Below, in pieces: positions 13,764 through 24,900 of a stretch of DNA of 56,235 nucleotides. The notes under the pieces were generated by a model, which made no database searches, was not told where the DNA came from, and saw only the letters and a list, made by a program, of their open reading frames with translations. The position numbers were made by a program, and so were the translations under genes. Origin of the DNA: an uncultured virus (IMG/VR IMGVR_UViG_3300020519_000004) (taxonomy: Duplodnaviria; Heunggongvirae; Uroviricota; Caudoviricetes); IMG/VR virus record IMGVR_UViG_3300020519_000004, one strand, 5' to 3'. Position 1 is the stretch's first letter; the number at the start of each line of letters is the position of its first letter.

Positions 13764-15982
13764 ATGTCAGATGTGAATCCAAATATGCTAGAACTAGCTA
13801 AAAAACTAGTTCCTTCAATTGAAGAAGGTATGCCTGAAGATATTGCGCAAGCTTTTGCTGAAGGAAAAATAAAAACTATTTTTAGAACAACAGAAAATGC
13901 TGGTCTTAGTACTGCAGCTAAATTAGGTAAAAGTAGTTTTGGCGGAAGAGTAGATCCAGGATCTACATATTTTCTCCATGAAAATGGAGGCATTGCTAGA
14001 TTCGGAAGGCACGGTGCAGGGTGGGGAGATGATAGATCTGTAAAAGGTTCACATCTTGATTCAAAAAAGTCTTCCTTTTTAGACGAAGCTATTTTCACTA
14101 ATGGTGATAATAAATATCAGAATAGCACCCTCAATAGAGGTATGGTGGATTCAGGAATCTCCTCAGGCGAAGCGTATGCCACACCTAAAATTGGACACAG
14201 TTTAGTTGAATTTGATTCTGATTTCTCAAGAGTTCATACTGGTCATCCAGTATCTGATATCTATCATTCTTCTGGTTCTGTTGAGTATTTACCAGAAATT
14301 GGTGGGTCATTTAAGGCCGGTAGTACAATTAATCCAGTTAACACTGATATAAATAGTATAGATATTGTATCCGAAAAAGGAAGCACTATACCTAGACTGA
14401 AATCAGGTTCTTCTCCAGAGGAAGTCTTTCAAGCTGAATCTCAAGCCAGAGCTAACGCTATGTTTGATTCTGATTATGCAGCACACAAAAAAGCAAATAA
14501 ATTAAAATCCTTAGCAGAAAATCCAGATGATCTTTATGCAAAGTATTTAGATCATGTTGGTAGAATAAAATCAGAAGGTGGAATTTTATCTCCGGACAGC
14601 ATTTCTCTGCGGAGGTGGTTTCCCCGATGCCTACATAAATGATCCGATTTCAATCGGAAGAAAAGCATTAACCGATCTTTCGCACGAGGTTGAAATACCT
14701 AATGCAATTAATGAATTAGAAAGTATATTAAATACTAATACTAATTATGCACATCAAGCAATATTAAATGAAGCTAAAGATAATCGCAATGTGGTGGTTA
14801 ATGGTGAGACTTTTCAAGATTTAAAAGCCAATCCTAAATATAGCCCATCTGGTTCTGCAACTATTGAAGAAATTGAAACAGTTCTTAAAAAAGAACAAAT
14901 ACAAATGATGAGGTCAAGAGCTTCGGGCTTACCAACCGGTTCTGCCACAGTAGCAAATGCTAATGCCAGAGCAGCAGCAGCAGCAACTAAAAAGCCATTG
15001 ATTCAACCAGACAAAGCTGATTTCCTGCCACAACAAATAGTTAATGGAAGATCTGTAAATAAGGTTCCTTCAGCAATGTCAGTTGAAGAACTGGTTGATA
15101 GAAGAGCTAAAGTATATGATAAATTACTAGATCCAGAATATGCTAATGTCCACCCAAGTTCTACCGGTACTGGCGCAATGCACAATGTGGATAGGGGCAC
15201 GATAGGGCACATAGATACAGAACTCGCTAAACGCGGAGAAGATATTTCAATGCTTCCCAATGCTCCAGCATATGATCCAGATTACGTTCCTGGATCAGGT
15301 AAAAGAGCTCCATATTTAAGATCAAAAATAGATGAAGCCGCAGCTCAATCAGAAGTGATTATAGCAGGAGCCTCAGATACTGCCGCCGCTGCATCTGCAG
15401 CAGCTACCATGGAAGCAGATAACTTAGCTTCTACTGTAACGGCAGCAGCTTCAACGCGTTCAGCAGCTCCCGCAGGTGCTGCAGCTGAAGCTGTAGTTGC
15501 TGGCGGCAGCGCAACAGCGGTAACAGCAGCTGCTACAAAAGCATCTAATGGTATTTTAAATATAGGTAAAAAAATAATTTCTAAACCCAAGAATATGGCA
15601 GCCGTAGGAGTTGCAGTTGCCGCAGGAGCAATTGCATTTCGGAGCAACTAAAAAAAGTAGTGGATCAAATCAAGCAAACATGCATGGATATTCTCCAGAA
15701 TCGCAAGTGCCATCAGATCCAATGAGAGGCTCATATGAAGGTTACATGAATTCATCTCCAGCTTATGTACAAGCTAATGGAGCTGGTTATGATAACCCGG
15801 CTAATCAACAAGCTAGGTATAGGCAAAAGACATCATCGATATTAGGAGACACCCCAACATTTACTCCTATTTCAAATAATATGAATAACTCTGCTATAAT
15901 AGATAACTATTCAAGTTCTTTAAAACAAAACTCTTCTGGAGATAGACTAAATAAAATGAACCATATTGAAAGAATGTTTTAG
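13764..15982 (+). CDS. Virion-associated protein of unknown function (~738 aa), two +1 frameshifts (C at 14610, 15640)
   Basis: ORFs 13764..14642, 14578..15651 and 15611..15982 are joined at CTG-CGGA and TTT-CGGA. Ala-rich linker plus hydrophobic helix NMAAVGVAVAAGAIAF(G). Confidence 0.55.
14610..14613 (+). other. +1 recoding site 6: CTG-CGGA
   Basis: Window 14569-14639. Confidence 0.8.
15640..15643 (+). other. +1 recoding site 7: TTT-CGGA
   Basis: Window 15608-15648. Confidence 0.8.
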
Positions 15983-15991
15983 GTAGTATCT

Positions 15992-18900
15992 ATGACGATA
16001 AATCAAGAAGCATTCTATTATATAAAAGAACAGTTTACTACCAAGCAGCAAGTAGACGATTACGTTCTTGAAATTCAACAGATAACATTAAATACAAATT
16101 CAAACGCACTTGAAAACGCAGCATTAGCTAAATTACGAACAGTTCTACCTGGCTTTGAAGGCACAGTAGGTGTGTGGGCTGGTGTCGATCTACCATGGGG
16201 TATTAAAATTGCTCCACCTGATTTTAATGACGTTGCTTGGCGTACTGCAGCAATTAGGGCACTTAAACGACAGGATACAAGAAGAGGCGAAAATCCAGCA
16301 GATTATATAGTCAAAGAGATCCTAAAGAAGTTTGATGAAAAAATACCAACTAAAAATATTGACCTAACAGATGTAGCTTACGCAAAAGCAATTGAAGCAT
16401 GGTATAGGGAAGCTGGTAAGAGCAAATCATGCTGGAGTGCCATAGAGTCAGCTACAATAATGGCTAGTTTTATTGCACAAAGAGTAAAAGATTTTAATAT
16501 AGGTAGCGATAATCCAGAAGACACACCGCAAACACCAGAAGATGTTCAAGAGCCTCCAGCCGTTGAAGAAGATTTACTTGGTCCATCAATAGAAAGAGCA
16601 GCGGTTTTAGAAGAATTTATATCTCGTGGAGCGGCTATAATTGGTTTTGATCATTCGGATAATTCTTATTCGTCAATTAGTCAGTATTATGAAAATTTAG
16701 TAAGAAAAAATAATCCAAGTTTTGTTTACGATAGAGCTTTTCAAGATAATTACGTTAATCAATTCATAGCAGTTGCATCCCCAACTATGGATATAATTAA
16801 ATTGAATGACACTTATCAAAAATCTTTATTTGACAAGATTGAAGCGTCAGGTCTTTTTGATTTATTAAGCTATATCGACGCAATGCAGGCATATGGTAGA
16901 TCCAGATTGTCTACTCTTGAAAGAGTTAGCGGTAGCGCCGGTGCAGCAAATGTATTAGATGGAGTAAGAGATACTGGTTGGCTTCAACAGCTTACTGTTG
17001 TCCTACAAAGACTTTCTAGAGACCCCGTAACACTAGCCACTATTTATAGATACTTCCCAGAACTAGTTAACTTTTTCTTCGCCGCACTAGCAGCAACAGC
17101 TGACTATTCAAATGATGGAAAAGGTGGCGGATCAGAAGACCCACTTAATAATGGTCAAGCAGTATTAGACGATTTAATGGCTGCTCTTGGTCAAGTCAAT
17201 GGTGAGAATATCTTTACTGGCGCGTGGGACTTAATTAATACTGGTCAAAGAATAGAAAAAGCAATTTCAGAATTTCCATTTAGGCAAAATATTCCACCAT
17301 CTTCTCCAGATATATTTCATCTTAGATTAGGCGCATCTAATTTTTATGTTCCACCAATTGGCATAGATGTTCAGACGCAGTTCAAAACAAGCAGCTTAGG
17401 AGAAGGCGCGCTAAGACAAAAAAACAGTCCAAAGTTTAACTCCGGATACAAGCATACAACTATTAGTATGCAATTATTCTTTCCCAACTATGAAGAGATA
17501 TGGGGTATTTCAATTGAGGACGCCTCAAAAATTACTCTTAAAGATAACTTCACAATAGACTTCAGTGGCAATGGCGACAATGAAGAAAAGATAGATAAGT
17601 TCCTTTCCTCATTAAGAGGCTTAGTTGCTGCATTCAAGTATGCCCCATTCCTTCCGATTAGAAATCATTATTTAAATTCTGTATACGGAATAACAGGCGT
17701 TGCACTACACGGCATGTCGATTTCCACAATACCAAGTTATCCTTTTGCGCTAGTCGTTACATTGAATCTGTACAACTTTAATCACAAGCCATTCCTACCG
17801 ATGCTTAATGACTTTAATCAAGCAATACATTGGGGTAAGTTTAGGCAGTATATGGGCAAGGCAGCTGGAGCTCTTCATAATTATATAAATGAAGAATTTT
17901 TAATGTTTGGCAGAGAGGGTCTTATTAATGCAACGAGAGACGCAATGATCTCAGTTGGGGAAGCAATGCTTGACACCGATAGAGATGGAGACGTCACTCA
18001 GGACGACCTAAGAGGCATGCAGGCGGCCTCTGATAGGCTCTCAGCCCAAGCTGGGATATCTCCTTCTAAGATCGTTAACGACGCTCTCCTGGGCTATAAG
18101 AACGAAGTGTTTACCACTAACGTAATTAGAGAATGGACGAATGGTAGCAACTTATCATTTTATATGCCAGCTGAAACTCAAACTAAAATATTTACTCCAG
18201 ATATATCTGGATTTAGATCTGATGAAGAAAAAGGTTTGACTGATACAGGTAGAAGTTTCTGGAATCAAATGTTGGCTAATTTTGGTATTGACATTAATGA
18301 ATCAGCTGAATATCACAGAACATTAGATTCAGTTATAACGACCTCAACGGGAAATGTAGTTGAGTATACTGTTAACCAAAAAATCTTACAAAGTATTGAC
18401 ATATTAACTGCGGGAAGAAATACAACAGATTTTCAAAAAAAGGCTTATAATTTTATTATAACAAGTTTTATATTTCAGAATCCACAGCTTGACTCTGATA
18501 GAAAAGATTACTTAAGAGATTTTAATAGAACAGAAAATGCGTATGAAGATACGGAAAGATATGTTTTTGGAGCAATTGTTTTTAAAGATGAAACACTATC
18601 TCAAATAAAATCTTTCTTTAAATCTCAAGCTCTAACTACAAAATCATATCTTGATTTTATGGTTGATGAATATTTACAAAAAAGAGCAATAAATGCAGGA
18701 AAAACTAACGATACCAAATGGAAAGAAAATGAAAGATTAATAATCAGAGATCAGTTTGCCGCAGGGTATAGTTCTATGGTGTATGAAAGATTCTTTAAGG
18801 CTGGACCAATTAGAGATTTGATGGAGGCAGCTAGAGAAAGAAACGGGAGTTTCCACATAAGAGAGTGGGAAGTGCCGATGATAAGGGTTGACATAGATCC

Positions 18901-21900
18901 AGCTAACGCAATTGTTACTGACGTCTCTATCTCAATGAGTAATAATATAATTCCCCTACAGGTACAAATGCAAGATGAGCCAACTTATCAACACATTGGT
19001 GGTGGAGATAGTTATATAAATATTTCTATGAAAGTATTTGGTGAAAAAGAATTAATAAAATTAAGAAAAATATTTGATCATATTAATGGATTAGCTAGAC
19101 TTGAACACGCTGCTGGCGTTATGGGCTTTTTAGGTATTAAGAATATAATAACAGCTTTAGCTGGGGTTAAGTACGTTCTTCCTCTTTCATTTAATGTTTC
19201 AACTATTCCAAACTTTCCACATGTCTATGATGTTTCTTTAAGATTAGTAGACTTTGATATATTCCAACAAAAGCGTGAACAACTATCTTCTGATCAACAG
19301 AGAAAAATGATTGAAGAATTCGGGACAAAGAAAAATCCATTCTTAAGAATGAAGCAGCTGTGGGGATCGTTTAATTCATATCCAGACTTTCCATTGGAGA
19401 TTAGAAATAAGGATAGCGAAGTTGTAGGATCTCTTGATCCAGATTTTTATTTTAGAAGTTTTGAGATGTTTGACAGGGACGTTATACGTAGCGTTACTGA
19501 AAATAAAGGTAAGCTCTCTAGACTTGATACGTTTAACGTTGATCCATCTCAAGAAATAACAGTAGTAACACCTTATGGATCAATGACCCATAAGGGCTCT
19601 GCGGTTGTTGCTAAGTTTAGAGAATATATATTAAATGATCAATTAGATGAGCTAAAAGCTTACTCTAGAGGAACACTAGGATTAAAGGCTTCAGCTACAG
19701 CTTCTTATATAATAGAAGCTTTATTAGATATTGATCAACCTCATGATAAATTTTTATTAAACTATGTAGACTCTTTAGATGAGGGTGAATTTCTCACTAA
19801 GGATTTAGCTGATTCTAGTTGGAGACTATCTTCTGGTCGATTAAAGGCTGGAGATTTATCAAGCTATAATGAAGAAGCAAGAGCAAAATTACAAGCTGCG
19901 TTATCCGGAAATCAAAAAGATGATGGTTTTGCAGAAGACGCTTACGTAAGCTTTAATCCAGATGAACTAGACGCGCATGCAATTATAAACACTTTTCCAG
20001 CAGCATCTGGACCTGGTGACACAAAAATTCCATCAATGATCCATACTGCAGATGGATATCAATTTGGATATATTGATAAGCAAAATGGAAGATTCTATCT
20101 AACTGTAGATGACGTTGCTGTTAAAAAAGATAGTTCAGTTCAATACGTGGGAATAACCGACACTCAGACACCAGATGTCGGAACGACAAAATCTTTAACC
20201 GGAGTTCCTGGAGCAAAAGCACTATCTGAATATCAGTACTCATACTCATCTGGAGATGAAGGTAAGCCAGAAACTATGAAGTCAAATGGTAACTCAAAGA
20301 GTGTTACTGATCACTGGGAAAAAATGATGGTAGATACTCAGTATAGGGATATATCGGGAAGAATGATTAGAGCTTTCCCTACGTATATGCTTTGGTTAAT
20401 AGACGAAAAGAATTTTGCTGGCACAAAACTATTTGACAATTTCTACGGACTCCAGTCTATAATAGATTTTTCCGTAGTATCTTCTGAAGACATCTTAGGT
20501 GATACGCTAGTATTTAGAGCTTCTAATATGTACGCAAAGCTTTCAACAAAAGAAGCTACAACAATATTTAGCGGAAGTGGTGAGACAGAAGATAAACCTG
20601 GTGTAGATAAGTTATCGCTAACTTCTGGTCTTGAACAAATAATTGATAGAAGTTTAAATTTTGCAAGAAATCAATTAGGTCATATGGAAAGTCAATACAT
20701 TGTTGACATAGAAAATATGAGACTTAAGCCAGGTGTAAGAGTTCACTTAAGAGTTGGTTATGGTGCAAATCCAAACTCGCTTCACACAATATTTAATGGT
20801 GTAATAACCGAAGTTGAATTGGGAGAGATAGTTACTGTCACATGTCAATCTGACGCTATTGAACTTAGTCCAGTAGTAAATTCTGTTGACAAAAAAGGAT
20901 CTAGCGGTCATATAGATGGTGGTCTTAATACTGGGTTGTACTTATCGGAACCAAGAGATTTAATGGTCAGACTTCTTTCAATGGGCACATCTAGAACAAG
21001 AGAAGCTTTTGCCCATGCAACAAGAGGAACTGTATTTTCTGAAAATAAATTTGGAATTAAACACTTTGGCATGATGTTATATGAGCCTTTAACAGATGAA
21101 GAACGAAATAAGAACGCTGGCATTAGAAATGCAGCGTCAGATGCATATCTGGCAGTTGGTCAGGGTAGTGGTATAACTGGTGGAGCTGGTACGGTAGCTG
21201 GTGTTTTAAACCCATTTGGTGATAACTCAAATGGAACTGGAATTGGTGGATCACCATTTGGTATCGATGTAAGACTACCAATGGTTGGAATCATGAGAAC
21301 AATGTGGTCAAACTTTGCAGCACAACCAGATTTAGAGTTGTTTAAGAGAAATATTTATCCAGGAAATGGAACTGGTGTAGCTCAATTCCTTGGTGGTGAC
21401 CTAGGAGACGGTTGGTCAAATGCGGCATCCTTAACACCTGAAGATATGCCAAATCCAAGATTAGAATATTTAAATAGACTCACAGATTCTTCATGGAATA
21501 ATCTACTTCAAAGATATGATTCAGGATCCGAAAACGCTTCAGCTGCAATAGATAACCTAACACAGGGAATGGAAGCAAGAGCTAGTGGTGGAACTGCAGC
21601 TAACATACTTGGTGGTGGATTACTAGCAGCAGGAGCCGCGTTAGCTATTGGTACGGGTGGTATTGCACTTCCGTTCATAGGTGGAGCTATGGCAGTTGGC
21701 GGAGGAGCATCTTTACTTGGAAGCTTAACTGGTAGAGGCGGTGTAAACATTTGGAAAACATTTGGATTGATTAGTGATCTTGACGACGACATGCCAGGCT
21801 TTGATGAGGTTTCATTTAGAGCACAAACATATATGAAATCTGTTTGGGATCTTTTTCAAATGTGCGCAAGACTACTTCCAAACTATATTGTTGCCGTAAG

Positions 21901-24900
21901 ACCATTCGAGGACAGATCAACGGTGTTCTATGGTAAGCCACACTGGTTATACACTTCAGCAGTAGTTCCAATCACTACTGGTTTTCCTTCTGAGAAAAAA
22001 GCTGTAGAGCTAGGATTAAAAGTTCCAAGTTATAGAAGTCCAGATTCTGAATTAATGGATCTTCTAACAAAAGTTAATAAGCAATCAAACTCAACTGCAG
22101 ATTATGAAGCAATGAGGCAAGCGCAAAGTCCAGCAATATCTATTTCCGAAATAGTTAGACAGCAATCATCATACTCAGATATATATGCACCTGCTGGAAT
22201 ACTAAGAGGTAAGGTAGTTAACTTCTTAGATCCTAAGAGAACTATATATTACGGAAATAGCAATAACACTACTTTATCGGGCAGTGCAGATAGCATGGAG
22301 AGACAACAGGTAGTGGCAACAAAGAGTATCATATCGGAAATACCAAATACTAAAGGTTATGTAACAGTTGGTTTTCACTTACCAATAGATTCTACTGGAC
22401 AAAATGCTTCTGAGTTAGATATAGAAAAAATGAAAAATTTACATGTTGAAATACCTCAAATGCCACTTAGGTTTTCTTTTCCATTTTTTACAGACAGAGT
22501 TGCTGGAGCAGTCTTATTAGACTACTCCTTCTATGCACTGAGCAACAATAGATCAGGAGAAGGTGATGAAAGACTCAAAACTGGAACCATACATGATGGT
22601 GATAAAGATTTTGAAAAATTTGGTCACGACACATTGTATTCAAATCTAATAAGTACAGAAGCAGCCCTTATTTCTGGTTCACTAACAGACAACCGTGAAG
22701 GTGGCTCTGAAGATGAGTTTGTTATAAATCTTGCAGGAGTATCATTTACTGCTGCGGTTAACCCAATCAATACATTTGGTAATGATAAATTTATATTTGA
22801 TCTAAGCACAAGCGGAGTATCGGGAAGTAAGTCACTGATAAGAATGCCACTACCTTCACTACTGGAACAAGTTAGGGGAATAGAAAAACTTGAAGGCTCT
22901 TGGGAGTATGAGTACATTAATCAAAGAACGATTACTTCTGGAAGTCCATTTAGTTATAGAGATTGGGGATCTCCAGCAAGTGCTCTTGATGAGCAATTCT
23001 ACATAGCTATGAGATGGCCATATGAAATAACTGAAGATAAAGATGATGAAATATTTAAGAAATTTAAAGATAAATATTTTTCAGATAGAAATGAAACTGA
23101 ATTTTATGGTAAACCAAAAGACTATAAAAATAGAAAAGTTTTAGTCTATAGTCCAACAACTAGAACAGCAGTTGTTTGTAAACCAGCTTATTTTCTATGG
23201 GGAACCAATAAGGCTGATCTTATAATTGGTAACAACGCTTCTGGAGATTTTGCTAAGGGAAGAAGTGAAGATCATTTCATAAACTTTAAAAACGATGTAT
23301 TTACCGAAGTAGATTTAGCTGCTGTAGTTTCTCCAGACGCGGCATATTTTCTTGGGGTAATGCATTTAACGGAAAATGAAAAAGAATTTTTTAATAGCGA
23401 TGATGCAGCTTCAGAACCAACTAGAGTGCTAACCCAAGCTGGGTTGGCGCCGGTACCAATGCCAAGAGACTGTTATTTTACTTTTGTAGATGACAGTGTT
23501 CCGCTCGGTGTTGTAACAACAATATATAATCCAGCTAATGAGTTTACCTATAAAGGTGAATCAGATATTAATGGATCGTACTTTGTTGGTTTTGGCGCTT
23601 TTGCAGCAGAAGGTGATGGAAAACTTTTAGCAGAAGAAGCGAGTAAATCAGGCATGCAAAAGTTAGGGTTATCTGGTACAGCTGACTCAATCGAAAGACA
23701 ATTGGAGCTATTAAATGAAAGACCAACAGCTTTTACAAATACTCAGTGGCAAGAATATATTCCGATAAGTGGAATAACACTTCTTGACCAAGGACATTTT
23801 GCAGAAGCAGCGGCTAGAGGTGGAAACATTCTTGCCAGTAGTGATGGTAAAGAAGGTAGTTATTTTGACTACATTATAAACGAAAAGTACAGCGCCCTTG
23901 AGCGAGAAGCACTATATAAGATACTAGATGGTGAGCTTAGAACTACCAATCCAGATGAGGATACCGGAACGGGAAGAGAACGTTTTGCTCCTGTGTATGA
24001 TCCAGCTGCACCAGAATCTATAAAAGCTAGAGAGTTTTTCGATGAAGGGTTTAGTCCTTCCACTCATGTAATAGCTGGAAATGGAAGAACTCTTAGTCAA
24101 GCAAATGATGTATGGGATCAATTTAGATTTGATTACCATAACCAAGTGGCAATAAAGAAAATATTTTTTGACGCTTTTGGAATGGATCCAGATGATACAA
24201 CTCCACTTCCAGATTTTCTAATAACTATATTGCGAAATCCAGAAGCAAATCCAGATATATTTAAATTGTTCAGTGCTAATGGTCCAGATAGTACAGCAGT
24301 AGATGAATTCAGTTTATTGCTCGGAAGTGACTTTATAGCAAATCCAAATCAAAGAACTGGAAAACCATACGGTACAGCTGATTCAATGGAGAGACAGATT
24401 GAATCAGGATCTGGATCATTAGTTAGTTCAGATACAGTTAAGCAAGCTATTGAATTTGCTAGAAAAAACTTAGTCGATGCACCGCTTGATGAAGGTGGGC
24501 TAGTTAGATATTTTGATGCTTTAACAAAAACAAAATATAAAAAATTAGGATTATTTTTACAATCACAATCTAATTTATCCTTAATACTTGGCGCTGATGT
24601 TGGTGGCGGACAGCCAAAAGTAGATGACATAATTAAAGATAACTTTACGCCAAAACAAGTATTCTTATTGATAGTTGGAATGTTTAGACAGGCAATGTGG
24701 CAAGATGCATATGCAAGAGCTTGGTTAGTATTAAAGCCAAATAGACAATACGCCAGTGATGATATATGGGACTTTAGCCCTGTTCACAAAATATTTGCCG
24801 CATTCATCGACCCTAATCAAGATTACGCATCAAATAAAAGAAAGTTCTTGAAACTTTTAGCAGATAATAAAGGTGAAGGAAACAGTGCCGGTAACGTAGT

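Noticed and set aside
15330..15640. GCA/GCT-rich stretch as a DNA repeat or CRISPR-like array
   Set aside because: It simply encodes an Ala-rich linker; no fixed repeat-spacer periodicity here or elsewhere in the window.
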